The notes under the pieces: generated by a model
The model's database searches: none
Seen by the model: only the letters and a program-made list of their open reading frames with translations
What the model was told of the DNA's origin: nothing
Program-made: the position numbers and the translations under genes
Shown: positions 39,684 to 49,959 of the stretch, in pieces
Position numbering within the stretch: the first letter of the stretch is position 1
Layout of the letters: each line of letters opens with the position of its first letter
Source of the DNA: Candidatus Poribacteria bacterium
GTDB lineage: Bacteria > Poribacteria > WGA-4E > PCPOR2b
Reading direction: 5' to 3'
Length of the DNA stretch: 64,000 nucleotides
NCBI GenBank assembly: GCA_965198175.1
Contig: OZ240245.1
Coordinates: 3,968,001 to 4,032,000, forward strand

Positions 39684-42600
39684 CTATTCTAATCCCAATC
39701 CAGGCAAACCATGCACAATCTCAACCGTCTCCAAGCTGACGGTGATTACTTTGCCGATAAGTTTGACGATGTATTGCGGGTCGTCGTCGCGGTTGGGATC
39801 GTTGACGATGCCGCTGCGTTTGTCGGTCTTAACACGATATTGATCAATCACCCAATCCAACGCCGACCGATTCCCAAGCCGATAGTCGAATGCCTTTGCG
39901 GGTATACCGTCGAGGGTTAGGAAATCGTTGTATTTTATCTGCGTCTTGCCTTTGGACAGCTTCATCTTTTCGACACGCCAATCGAGCTGTGTACCCGGTG
40001 TTTCAATAAAGATAAGCGGATATTCGTTTACATCCTCATAGCCGACGTGGATTACCCCCAACCGTTTCCCCGCTGTGGCAAACCCCCAGAAGTCCGGCGC
40101 ATAAGGCAGGTGAGGCAGATCCCGCTTGAGGTTCGCACCATACCGCTCCCGATATTCCGGATGGTGGAGCAGACCGTAGACGAAATGAAAGATGTCCCAC
40201 TTGCCGATAGTATCGTCTCGGTAATGCGCCCGGAATTGTGCCAACGCCCAATGAGTGATATTCTCCCGGCGGTTCATTCCATCCTCGGCGTAGGTGTAGA
40301 AGGGGAAGCATTGTGAACCATCAATGGAAGTTATTGTTAGATTGGGAATCATATCTGTGCAAAAACACCAACAATTAGATCGCCCCCCAATACTTGGAAC
40401 AATAATCACTCTATTTTCCGTTTCAGTTTCAGGTATGGGGAAGATGGATGGAAATACGAGCACTCGATCGTTTGTCATCCTATCAAAGTAGAGGTTTGCT
40501 TTCGTAAAGGGACGATAGAGGTACTGTCGAATTTTCATGTCGGCAAATTCTGTAATTTGTCCCCTTTCCAGTTTCTGTTTTAAGCCTGAACTCCACTTTA
40601 TTTTCGCGGCATCATTAACCACAAACCCATCAACTGTTGCGTCCCGATTTCCGCGACGTTTCCACCTATCTAACTCTGCATTGTAGATTCCAATCATCTG
40701 CTCCATGTTCTTTGCCAGTAGATTTCGGTTAAAATTACGCGTCCACGCATCGCGGTTGGTGCTGACACCGAGACTGTAAGTCTGAAAAATCACATCTACC
40801 ACTGTACCTTTTACTGCCTTAGCTTTCTTGGTTCCCATCGGCAAAAACGCCTCAAACTCGGCGTGGAGCCCCTCTGTCAGCCATGTCTGTCGATGGTCAG
40901 GCGTTATCGGTTTCCATTCAATGTTTCGGTAATGCTTCTTTGAATCGAGATAGCGGTATTTGTCCTCCTTGCGCCAAAATTCATCGACACGGGCGTAGAA
41001 GATTTCGGCTTGGGAGTTTGCGCGGTCACGCCTTTTGATGCCGAAATTAATGCTCACACCGATCTGAATGCCAAAAACGTTGTGGGTTGTGCCAGACAGT
41101 TTTGGATTATTGCGGACGTTCCCACTGAGATCGAGAATGTAAATTGCATCGAAATCGTCTGACAGGTGTTTCCGCATTCCATCAAATGCCATGTTGTCCA
41201 AAAAACTGTTGTTGGTTACAAAGGCGACAATCCCTTCGTCTCTTATTCGGTCCGACGCCCACGAAATCGCCTTCACGTACGGGTCGGAGAGTTTATTTTT
41301 TAACGTCGCTTTAGAGTCTTTTGCATACGTATCCGCAACCCGCTTGTCCATCGTTTCGTACTTCCGGTTTTTGTTGTTGTCGTTCTCGTTGACCTGACCG
41401 GCGTTATAGGGCGGATTGCCAATTATTACAAACATCGGTGTCTCTTTCTGACTTTCAACGCGGCGGGTGTTTTCCTCCGCAAACAGAGATTGATAGTTGT
41501 CCGGGTCTTCTACTAACTCAAAGGTATCAACGAAGCAGATTCTCTCAAAGGGACGATACGTTCCCATCGCCTCGTAAAACTCGTGCTCAATGTTCATCGA
41601 CGCGATGTAGTACGGCAGCAGCATCACCTCGTTGCAGTGAAGTTCGGATTGATACTTGTCTGCCAGCGCGGTCTTGCAAATTTCTCTCATTACCCGAACT
41701 ATGAAATTACCGGTCCCCACAAACGGGTCGATGATGTGAACGCCGGAATCAGAGAGCGATCGATTGAATTCGGTCTGTAGTATCTGATCCACGCTTTTCA
41801 CCATGAAATCGACAATCGGTTGCGGCGTGTAGACAATTCCGTGCGTGTCCGCAACCTTTACCGAAAAGCCCTGAAAAAACTGCTCGTAAACGGTGTTGAG
41901 AAAACCCTGTTTTTGGGAAAAGTCGTCGATGGTAGCAGCGGTGCGTTCGATTGCGACGTAAAAGGGGTCAAGGCTACGCAGAAAATCCTCGCGGCTGAAA
42001 GCGTGAGACATCAGCGCAGTGATGACGGTTTCGATTTCGCGGGCGATGACATTGCGGCGGGCAAATTCGGAGTTGCTAAAGACAGTTTGGAAGATTCGCT
42101 CAGTCAGCAGGTGCTGAATCAGCATCTCCTCAACGGCGGCTTCGGAGAGGTTGGGGTTGATCGATTGACGACATTTCTCATGGAAGGCGGCAAAGGCGGC
42201 GGTAAATTCCCGATTTGCCCCCCGCTCCTTTTCGATCAGTTCTGCCAAGCCGTTCCCAAGTGCGGGCACTCTGTCTTTGAACTGCGAGACCGCCTCCTCC
42301 CATTCGGTGTACTCTCGCGGTCGGTGGGAAAAAAAGGTTTCGAGCGTCCCTATCAGTTCGGTTGGGTCGGTCAGGTCAACATCGAGCACCGGCTGGGCGT
42401 TTTGCCACAGGATGGCGCGATGCGGGGTTTGGAAGAGGATATTGTCGCGAGGGTAGCCAGCCTCAAACTTCTGCAGCACTTGGGTTGGCAGGTCGTCGTG
42501 GATATCCTTCGCTTCCCAATAGCCGTGCGTCAACCGGAAATTGTCCATTAACGCGCCGTCAACGGCAATCCACTTGTTTCGATGTGCGGTCATCGAATGT

Positions 42601-42767
42601 TCAGGCACCAGAGTCCATTTAAACTGTCGTGCACAGTGTTGAAGCAGGGATTGAAATGCCGAGCGGACCGCGGTTTCGTGGGTAACGCCGAGCCGATTGA
42701 ACTGATTGAGCGCGTCGTAGTAGTTTTTAATCGGTTTGTGGGTGGGTTTGAGGTTGAGCGTCGGCAT
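39684..42767 (-). CDS. Single-chain restriction-modification enzyme: PD-(D/E)xK-like nuclease + N6-adenine MTase + type ISP-like specificity domain, no helicase
   Basis: VDG..GYWEAK; GIVYTP, IIDPFVGTGNF, GNPPY; YRPF, SQCFPFY, YRLGNRSALDWVIDQY. Confidence 0.88.
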   Translation of the reverse strand: MPTLNLKPTHKPIKNYYDALNQFNRLGVTHETAVRSAFQSLLQHCARQFKWTLVPEHSMTAHRNKWIAVDGALMDNFRLTHGYWEAKDIHDDLPTQVLQKFEAGYPRDNILFQTPHRAILWQNAQPVLDVDLTDPTELIGTLETFFSHRPREYTEWEEAVSQFKDRVPALGNGLAELIEKERGANREFTAAFAAFHEKCRQSINPNLSEAAVEEMLIQHLLTERIFQTVFSNSEFARRNVIAREIETVITALMSHAFSREDFLRSLDPFYVAIERTAATIDDFSQKQGFLNTVYEQFFQGFSVKVADTHGIVYTPQPIVDFMVKSVDQILQTEFNRSLSDSGVHIIDPFVGTGNFIVRVMREICKTALADKYQSELHCNEVMLLPYYIASMNIEHEFYEAMGTYRPFERICFVDTFELVEDPDNYQSLFAEENTRRVESQKETPMFVIIGNPPYNAGQVNENDNNKNRKYETMDKRVADTYAKDSKATLKNKLSDPYVKAISWASDRIRDEGIVAFVTNNSFLDNMAFDGMRKHLSDDFDAIYILDLSGNVRNNPKLSGTTHNVFGIQIGVSINFGIKRRDRANSQAEIFYARVDEFWRKEDKYRYLDSKKHYRNIEWKPITPDHRQTWLTEGLHAEFEAFLPMGTKKAKAVKGTVVDVIFQTYSLGVSTNRDAWTRNFNRNLLAKNMEQMIGIYNAELDRWKRRGNRDATVDGFVVNDAAKIKWSSGLKQKLERGQITEFADMKIRQYLYRPFTKANLYFDRMTNDRVLVFPSIFPIPETETENRVIIVPSIGGRSNCWCFCTDMIPNLTITSIDGSQCFPFYTYAEDGMNRRENITHWALAQFRAHYRDDTIGKWDIFHFVYGLLHHPEYRERYGANLKRDLPHLPYAPDFWGFATAGKRLGVIHVGYEDVNEYPLIFIETPGTQLDWRVEKMKLSKGKTQIKYNDFLTLDGIPAKAFDYRLGNRSALDWVIDQYRVKTDKRSGIVNDPNRDDDPQYIVKLIGKVITVSLETVEIVHGLPGLGLE

Positions 42768-42823
42768 TGTGTTGGTTTTCGTAAATTTTCCAATTCGATA
42801 GATCCGCAGTTGAGTAGTGATAT

Positions 42824-42908
42824 CGGTTGGGTTGAGCGGGTAAAAGCGAAGCCCTCAATCCACGTGGGACGCTTGCCATTTTTTCGTATTTGCCGTTCAA
42901 CCCTACTT
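42824..42908. repeat. Degenerate REP-like inverted-repeat element
   Basis: GGTTGGGTTGAGCGG ... CCGTTCAACCCTAC inverted pair; related GTCGGGTTGAAC at ~61816 and ~63675. Confidence 0.5.
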
Positions 42909-42913
42909 ACATG

Positions 42914-44692
42914 CTACTTCACAACCACCATCCGCTTGACCTGACGGTGCGATGGCGTGGACAACTGGTAGAAATAGACATCACTTGAAACCGGCTCGCC
43001 CAGGTCATTCCGACCGTCCCAATGGGCGGCACGTGAACGGCTTTGATAGTAACCCTCTGGCTGGAACCCAAGCAACAACGTCCGTATCCGACTCCCAGTC
43101 GCATCGTATATCAATACCGTCACATCACCCGCCTCAGAAAGATGGTACGGAATCCACGTCTCCGGGTTGAACGGGTTCGGATAGTTCTGTAACAACACGC
43201 TCTGCCTCGGTACCCCAACGCTATCAAGCGCTACGGGCAGAACCGCGTTTAGGAGGACATCGGGTGTCACAGTGAAGTTGAAGGTCTCCGAAGCCATCTC
43301 ACCGGCTGTATCGGTGACGGTGACTTCTAGGGCATCGCCAACGTGCGCGACGCTCTGGCGAGCAAGATTCGCGGTGGCTGCGGCGAAGTAGCCGTCTCTC
43401 ACACGACCTGTCATGATGTCACTCGTCGTCAGGTTTCGCACTGTGACGAAATAGCCGTCAAGGTTTCGATTGCTTTTTAAGTGCCCGCTGACAACGAACG
43501 CCCAAGTGCCGGTGTTGAGTGTTACGCTCGGTGCTGCGGCGGCTTGCGGTTGATTTGTCCAGGCTGTCCCGACAAAGGCGACTTTGCGAGGTTGTGGAAC
43601 GTTGACAATGTAGCCTTTCGCACCTTCAATCCGAAATCCGTCGTCGGGTGCGTCTGGCGTCCAACCGACAAATCGTTGGTTGACGGCGTCGAGGGTAATC
43701 ACCGCTGTCGCACCAACTAGCTTCGCTAGGGAACGGGCGTTCATTGGTGTGTCGGGTTTCAAGGGAACGGAGAGCATGTTCAAGCCTTGAGAGAGCGATG
43801 CAAAATAGACGCTCTGACCGGGGACTGCCGCGGGTCTGGCAATAAATCCGTTTCTGCGTCCGTCCTCCGTGTCATAGTAACCGGCAATTTTCCCTTTCGC
43901 ATCAATATCCCGCGCTACCGTAGTCACACTGCCGGGGAATCGCAACTCCATCGGCTCACCGTTCGGCATGAGGACATAGGACCGAGCAACATCGTCCTCC
44001 ACCTTGGCTCTGAACACCGTGACGCCGGCGTCGTTGATGGCGTTCACGAAAAGGAACTCTAGGATCGGCGGCATCCCGGGAAACTCTATATTGGTAAAGC
44101 TGCCGTCGAGGCGTCGCATGTACCCGTGATACACCCCATCGGCATCAATATAGCTCCCAACGAGGACACCCCCGGCGTTCACATGGTCGGCATACGTTGT
44201 CGCCGCACCGGGGAAATCGACTAGTGCATCGCCCATAAAACCGTGACTCACACCAGCGTCATCAATAATGTTGCCCGCGGGCTGCCCGGTTTCACTAATG
44301 CCAAAGATTTGCGTCTTGGCTGCGCCCGGAAAATCGAATTGTGTGAATTCGCCGTTTTGCACGATTAAACCGTGAGAAATCCGGTCGGGATCGTCGTAGT
44401 AACCCACGGCTTGTCCGGCGTTGTTGAGCCCGTAGAAAACCGTTCTGAGGGAGCCGGGGAAGTCATAAGTGGAAAAGACCCCGTCAATCAGTGTAAAGCC
44501 GATGAATTTCTCTCCATCAGGGCTGCGGGTGTTACCCGCGTAATGTCCGTGGTCGTTGCTTGAAGTCAACTCCAGAAAATCAACACCGGGCACCTCGATT
44601 GTCTCGAACATATAACCTATCGCGGGTTCACCCAACACAGGAACAGTCCACAGTAATATGAGTAAGGCGAAACGAAAAACGTGGGTTTTCAT
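42914..44692 (-). CDS. Secreted repeat protein with C-terminal FlgD-Ig / T9SS-type-A-like domain
   Basis: Signal peptide; repeated DFPG..T...INN.G..VG.Y units; LLQNYPNPFNPETWIPY...WDGRNDLGEPVSSDVYFY. Confidence 0.85.
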   Translation of the reverse strand: MKTHVFRFALLILLWTVPVLGEPAIGYMFETIEVPGVDFLELTSSNDHGHYAGNTRSPDGEKFIGFTLIDGVFSTYDFPGSLRTVFYGLNNAGQAVGYYDDPDRISHGLIVQNGEFTQFDFPGAAKTQIFGISETGQPAGNIIDDAGVSHGFMGDALVDFPGAATTYADHVNAGGVLVGSYIDADGVYHGYMRRLDGSFTNIEFPGMPPILEFLFVNAINDAGVTVFRAKVEDDVARSYVLMPNGEPMELRFPGSVTTVARDIDAKGKIAGYYDTEDGRRNGFIARPAAVPGQSVYFASLSQGLNMLSVPLKPDTPMNARSLAKLVGATAVITLDAVNQRFVGWTPDAPDDGFRIEGAKGYIVNVPQPRKVAFVGTAWTNQPQAAAAPSVTLNTGTWAFVVSGHLKSNRNLDGYFVTVRNLTTSDIMTGRVRDGYFAAATANLARQSVAHVGDALEVTVTDTAGEMASETFNFTVTPDVLLNAVLPVALDSVGVPRQSVLLQNYPNPFNPETWIPYHLSEAGDVTVLIYDATGSRIRTLLLGFQPEGYYQSRSRAAHWDGRNDLGEPVSSDVYFYQLSTPSHRQVKRMVVVK

Positions 44693-44716
44693 AAAGATTT
44701 TGCTCCTTCATTCGTT

Positions 44717-46090
44717 TTAATCTAACAGATTTTCGGCGTAACTTTTGAGTTTATATTGTAGGGAGCGCAGGCTGATTCCCAAGGTCTGCGCCGTTAGGGT
44801 GCGATTGTTTCCCATTCTTTCAAGTGTTTTGAGGATTAACTCTTTCTCCATCTCCTTCATCGTCATGTTGAGCGAAGCGAAATCCGGTGTATCGGGCAGT
44901 GTGCCCTCAATTGGGCGCTTTGGGGGAGATTGAATCTCTTCGGGAAGGTGTTTGGGAAGAATCACGTCGCCTTCGGCGAAAAGAACGGCTCGCAAAATGG
45001 AATATTCTAGCTCACGAACGTTGCCGGGCCAATGATACTGCGTTAGGAAATCTCTCGCTTTTTGACCAATCAACCGTACGGGTTGGTTATGTGTACTACT
45101 GTGTTTCTTAAGGAAGTATTCGGCTAAAATCAGGATGTCTTTACGGCGTTGTCGCAAGAGAGGCAGGTCAATCGGAATCACGTTCAGCCGATAATAGAGA
45201 TCTAGTCGGAATGTCCCTTTTTCAACCACCCTGCGCAAGTCCTTATTCGTCGCCGCGATGATTCGGACATCAACGCGGATGACTTTTGTTCCGCCGAGGC
45301 GCTCGATTTCCCCTTCCTGTAGCGAACGTAACAGCTTCGCTTGCAATGAAACCGGCATATCCCCGATTTCATCCAGAAAGAGCGTACCCCCGTGTGCACG
45401 TTCAAATTTCCCAATCTTTTGGTAAGATGCATCGGTAAAAGCACCCCGCTCATGCCCAAAGAGCTCACTCTCCAATAGATTCTCCGGAATCGCGGTGCAA
45501 TTCACGACAACCATCTCCTTATCGGCGCGTGAACTGTTTTGGTGAATCGCGCGCGCGACCAATTCTTTGCCGGTACCGCTCTCCCCCCGAATGAACACCG
45601 TGGAGTTTGTGTCCGCAACCCTCTCGATAGTCTTCAAAACTTCGACAATCTGGGGGCTTTCGCCGACAATTTCTTCATAGCTGCCGATGAGCTCATCTCT
45701 GAGGCTGTGTGCTGTTGTGCGATGATGATCTAAGGCTTGATCGACTTTTTGTTGAATGTGTTCAGGTAGAAAGGGTTTCTCCAAAAAATCGTATGCGCCA
45801 AGTTTAATGGCTTCGACGGCGCGTTGGATTGTTCCATGCGCTGTCAACATAATTACCAGTAAGCCCGGATACGCCTGACGGAGATGAGCGAGGGTTTCTA
45901 TGCCGTTTATGCCCGGCATCTGGATGTCCAATAACACAAGATCTGGCAGTTCCTGATCGATTAGCGCGAGAGCTTCATAGCCATCGGAGGCAGTCGCCAC
46001 AGTGTAGTTGTCCATCTCAAGCCGATCTTGCAAAATCATAATGGTGTCGGGTTCATCATCGACAATGAGGATTCTTTCTCGTTTGCTCAC
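44717..46090 (-). CDS. Sigma-54-dependent response regulator (NtrC/AtoC family)
   Basis: Receiver (VDDE, LLDIQMP), GESGTGKE, ESELFGHERGAFTDA, FLDEIG, WPGNVREL, Fis-type HTH. Confidence 0.95.
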   Translation of the reverse strand: MSKRERILIVDDEPDTIMILQDRLEMDNYTVATASDGYEALALIDQELPDLVLLDIQMPGINGIETLAHLRQAYPGLLVIMLTAHGTIQRAVEAIKLGAYDFLEKPFLPEHIQQKVDQALDHHRTTAHSLRDELIGSYEEIVGESPQIVEVLKTIERVADTNSTVFIRGESGTGKELVARAIHQNSSRADKEMVVVNCTAIPENLLESELFGHERGAFTDASYQKIGKFERAHGGTLFLDEIGDMPVSLQAKLLRSLQEGEIERLGGTKVIRVDVRIIAATNKDLRRVVEKGTFRLDLYYRLNVIPIDLPLLRQRRKDILILAEYFLKKHSSTHNQPVRLIGQKARDFLTQYHWPGNVRELEYSILRAVLFAEGDVILPKHLPEEIQSPPKRPIEGTLPDTPDFASLNMTMKEMEKELILKTLERMGNNRTLTAQTLGISLRSLQYKLKSYAENLLD

Positions 46091-46296
46091 CCCTACGCCT
46101 CTGCATCCTTGTTATCTCCTTACTACGAGCTATTCATTGAAGAACTGATGTTTAATTGTACCAGAAATGAGCAGGTGCATCAATATAAAGATTCCGAGTC
46201 TTTGAACCGCGCGCGAATTTTTCCTTTTTGCTGGATTGCAGAGATGGAATTGTGCTATGATTAAAATCCAATCCAGCAACCATTGGAGTTAGGAAA

Positions 46297-47361
46297 ATGG
46301 TGTCTAATTGTCGCCTTCCCAACATTCGCAAAATCTTAATCATTCGTAACGACGGTATTGGAGATTTACTCAATTCGACGCCTGCGATTTCACTGTTGCG
46401 TCAAAACTATCCGGGCGCAGAGTTCACCGTACTTACGCGATCGTCAACCGCCCCAATACTGATTGGAAATCCCGATGTAGACCGCATCCTGACTTTCGAT
46501 CGGCAGGGCGCCCATCGACGACTGATGAGCCGGCTGAAGTTCTATCTCGGTTTGCGACGCGAAAAATATGATCTCGTGGTAGCAATGCGGACAGCTTCGT
46601 GGTCCCATTTTTTGTCGTGTTTGTCGGGGGCAAGGTACCGGCTAGGACGGCGCCAGAAGCAGTTCAAAAGCACACTGACGCACGTGTGGCGGGAACAATA
46701 CCGGAAAGGGTATGTCCAAGAAGTCGATCGCAATTATGATCTGGTCGGGTTAATCTGTGAAGGGGATGGAGATCGGCGGCTCGTCTTTAAGGTTCTGGAT
46801 GAGGAGTTTGCCCATGCAAAGAGACAACTAGCGGATTGGGGCATCGCGCCCAACGATGACTTGGTTTGTATTCACCCTGGTGCAAGTTCGTTCGATAAAC
46901 GTTGGCCCGAAGAGAATTACGCTGAAATTGCGGATGCCCTTGTACGCGAACGCAGGGCGAAGGTTTTGATTCTGCGAGGTCCTGAAGAAACCGCATTGGC
47001 ATGGAATATCCAGAGTGCCATGCAAGCCGACTCAATCGCCTATGCGCCCAAATCAGTACGCGAGCTTGGTGCACTGATTCAATGCTGTAGTCTGGTCGTG
47101 TGTAACGATTCTGGTCCAATGCATATCGCCGCCGCACTGGACGTACCGACTGTTGCGATTTTTGGTCCCACGGATCACGTTGCGTGGAAGCCGCTCTCCA
47201 AGAACGCAACGGTTGTTAGGCGTGATATGCCCTGCTGGCCTTGTAGCGCGCATAAATGTAAGATTGGCTGGGAATGCACCAAGAAGTTGCGCGTTGATTT
47301 GGTGTGGGAAAAAGTCGAAGCACTGACCAAGTCGATGCACTCTCCGCTGCGGAATCCTTGA
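46297..47361 (+). CDS. GT9 family glycosyltransferase (heptosyltransferase-like)
   Basis: DGIGD, HPGAS..KRWP, NDSGPMHIAAA, IFGPT, CWPC. Confidence 0.9.
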   Translation: MVSNCRLPNIRKILIIRNDGIGDLLNSTPAISLLRQNYPGAEFTVLTRSSTAPILIGNPDVDRILTFDRQGAHRRLMSRLKFYLGLRREKYDLVVAMRTASWSHFLSCLSGARYRLGRRQKQFKSTLTHVWREQYRKGYVQEVDRNYDLVGLICEGDGDRRLVFKVLDEEFAHAKRQLADWGIAPNDDLVCIHPGASSFDKRWPEENYAEIADALVRERRAKVLILRGPEETALAWNIQSAMQADSIAYAPKSVRELGALIQCCSLVVCNDSGPMHIAAALDVPTVAIFGPTDHVAWKPLSKNATVVRRDMPCWPCSAHKCKIGWECTKKLRVDLVWEKVEALTKSMHSPLRNP

Positions 47362-47369
47362 GGAGAAGC

Positions 47370-48635
47370 GTGAGAATCGTACTGAGCACCTGGGGTTCAA
47401 CCGGAGATGTTCAGCCCTTTTTGGCGCTGGCGCGGCAATTGCTAAAAGTGGGGCATGAAGTTCGAGTTTGTACTTCGGAGATTTACCGCGAGCGGTTTAT
47501 CAAGTACGCAGTAGACCTCTACGCGGTCGGCGTTCCCTATGATTTCGATTATATGCACCGCGCGATGGATAAGGTCGCAAAAATTAAGGATCCGCTTAGA
47601 TCAGCAATCTTACTTGTGAAAAACGGCATTCTGTACAAAGCGGATAGGTGGTATCAGGACTGTCTCAAGGGAATGGCGGGGCACGATCTGGCAATCTGCC
47701 ATTCTGCTGACATAGCTGGTCAGGAGGCGGCGATTCAGCAGAACTTGCCGTGGATCAGCGTCAGCTACTGCCCTGGATTCGTCAAGACCACCGATGAAGC
47801 GCCGCATCCGGTACCAAATCTTGGCAAGCCATTCAACGCGCTGGTCTGGAAATGCACTGAATGGCTGATGCGAAGTCAGGTCGATCCGCTGTTCAACGAC
47901 TTTATCACCTCAATTGGCGGGAAGAGGCGGCGACTTATCGGTTTAGATGGTATGTATTCGCCAGAGCTGAATCTCATCGCTGCATCGCCGCATATCAACA
48001 AACCGCCGCGGGATTTTCCGAAAAAGCATAAATTCACGGGACCGTGGTTTCTAGATGAGCCGGATTATGACCCGCCTCCAGACCTGCTGAGTTTTTTGGA
48101 TCGAGGTTCGCCGCCTGTTATTGTCTCCTTCGGTTCAATGGGCGGAACCAAAAGCGTCGAAACCACAAGGATTCTTGTAAAAGCCGTTCAACGCGCTGGG
48201 CAACGTGCAATTATTCAAGCAGGATGGGGAAACTTGGGACTAGATGGGGCGCCCGAATCAATCTTGTTTGTTGGATATATTCCGCACTCCTTTCTTTTTC
48301 GTCAAGGGTGCTGTGTCATCCATCACGGCGGGGCAGGAACGACAGCGGCAGCCTGCCGAGCTGGCGTGCCCTCCATTATTGTTCCTCATATTTCAACCGA
48401 TCAATCCTATTGGGGATTGACGCTGCACAAATTGGGGGTTGCCCCCAAACCGCTACACCGTCGTGACATGACCGCTAAACGGTTAGCAAGGCGCATCAAT
48501 GTGGTGAGCTCTTCAAAACCTATCGCAGAAAAAGCGAGAACACTAGGAAAGAAAATTGAGGCTGAGGACGGCTTGAGGACAGCGGTAGAGTTGATTGAGG
48601 AATTTGCCGCCAATCGGGATTTAGGCGTTCATTAG
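47370..48635 (+). CDS. GT1 family glycosyltransferase (sterol/rhamnosyltransferase-like)
   Basis: GTG after GAGGAG; GSTGDVQP, SFGSM, IHHGGAGTT, DQ. Confidence 0.9.
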   Translation: MRIVLSTWGSTGDVQPFLALARQLLKVGHEVRVCTSEIYRERFIKYAVDLYAVGVPYDFDYMHRAMDKVAKIKDPLRSAILLVKNGILYKADRWYQDCLKGMAGHDLAICHSADIAGQEAAIQQNLPWISVSYCPGFVKTTDEAPHPVPNLGKPFNALVWKCTEWLMRSQVDPLFNDFITSIGGKRRRLIGLDGMYSPELNLIAASPHINKPPRDFPKKHKFTGPWFLDEPDYDPPPDLLSFLDRGSPPVIVSFGSMGGTKSVETTRILVKAVQRAGQRAIIQAGWGNLGLDGAPESILFVGYIPHSFLFRQGCCVIHHGGAGTTAAACRAGVPSIIVPHISTDQSYWGLTLHKLGVAPKPLHRRDMTAKRLARRINVVSSSKPIAEKARTLGKKIEAEDGLRTAVELIEEFAANRDLGVH

Positions 48636-48735
48636 CATATAAATTTCACGTAGAAACAAGGTGAGAAACAGGAGCATCTAATCGCTGCTTCTTGAGCTAT
48701 GTCGAGGTGAGGCTCACCAAAGATGGGAGCCCTTC

Positions 48736-49725
48736 ATGATTGACACTCGGATTCAGAAAGTTTTGGTCTTCAGCTTCAGTTTTATTGGCGATGCGGTGCT
48801 ATCAACAGCAGTAATCCGTCCACTGCGCCGGCGATTTCCCGACGCGCAGATTGCTTTCCTTGTCGGTATTCGTGCGATCGATCTCTTCATGGGTGACCCG
48901 CAAATCGATCAAGTTTTCGTTTACGATAATCGCGGTGAACATGCTGGCTGGCGTGGGAAAGTTAGGCTCATTCGAATGCTCCGTCGCGAGCGGTTTGATT
49001 TAGTGGTAGATCTCCGGGATAGCGTCTGGTCGAGGCTCGTTGGGGGGAAAATTTGGGGCATGAAACTGAGAGGCGCGGATGTGCACGCCGTGACACGCTA
49101 CCTCGATATCCTTCAGCGGCATGGAGTAGATACAACTAGGGCACAGCCAAAACTAGAGTTTACCGATTCGGAACTTGTGGAACGGAACGAGTTTCTGGAG
49201 GAAAGCGGAGTTGACCGTAATCGGTTGTTGATTGGAGTCCATCCCGGCGGCAATTGGGTTTACAAACAGTGGACACCGAAGAACTACGCCCGTATTTCAG
49301 ACGTGTTACATGAAAAATGGAACGCTCAGATTCTGCTGTTTGCGAGCCCCGACGAACAGCCATTGCTAACGCATGTGGCTTCCTTGGCGAGCTGTCAGCC
49401 AATCCTCGTGAAAACCCACGATTTGCGTCAGGCCGCGGCTCTGATTGAAGCGTGCAATCTTTATATCGGCAACGATACGGGACCGATGCACATCGCTGCC
49501 GCTGTTGGAATCCACGTTGTCGCCATTTTCGGATCGACAAATCACCACCGTAGTGGACCTTATGGGGAGAGACATGCTGTCGTGCAGAGTGGGTTAAATC
49601 TGGGTTGTAATCCGTGCCACCCCGGCAAGCACCCCGGGGGCTGTGGGAAGGGGAGTTGCGCGGTCATTGAAGCAGTAACCGTTGAACAAGTGTTCTGCGC
49701 TATTGAAAAGTTACAGGTGGGATGA
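48736..49725 (+). CDS. GT9 family glycosyltransferase
   Basis: FIGDAVL, HPGG..KQW, NDTGPMHIAAA, CNPC. Confidence 0.9.
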   Translation: MIDTRIQKVLVFSFSFIGDAVLSTAVIRPLRRRFPDAQIAFLVGIRAIDLFMGDPQIDQVFVYDNRGEHAGWRGKVRLIRMLRRERFDLVVDLRDSVWSRLVGGKIWGMKLRGADVHAVTRYLDILQRHGVDTTRAQPKLEFTDSELVERNEFLEESGVDRNRLLIGVHPGGNWVYKQWTPKNYARISDVLHEKWNAQILLFASPDEQPLLTHVASLASCQPILVKTHDLRQAAALIEACNLYIGNDTGPMHIAAAVGIHVVAIFGSTNHHRSGPYGERHAVVQSGLNLGCNPCHPGKHPGGCGKGSCAVIEAVTVEQVFCAIEKLQVG

Positions 49726-49959
49726 ACCAGAGATTGAAAAAATACAAGGCAGCCCACGATATGAAGTCCGACCGCACGAAGCACTAAACCGCACAGCATC
49801 GCTTCAAGGCAAGGTTAAACTGCTGAATGATGCGAGTTCACAAATCGTAGAACCGTATTTTACGGAATATGCACGAGGCATTACGCAACATTTCCAACTT
49901 GTCAGCATTTCGGGGATATTGCAGATAATCTGTAACAACCAACCAGGAGGTGAGAAAAT

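Noticed and set aside
34953..42551. Long antisense ORFs (34953-35687, 35680-36180, 37425-37973, 41820-42551)
   Set aside because: They lie opposite well-supported genes and show no motifs or RBS
45420..45470. GAFTDA instead of GAFTGA as a sign of a sigma-54-independent regulator
   Set aside because: The critical F and T are retained and this variant is common among enhancer-binding proteins
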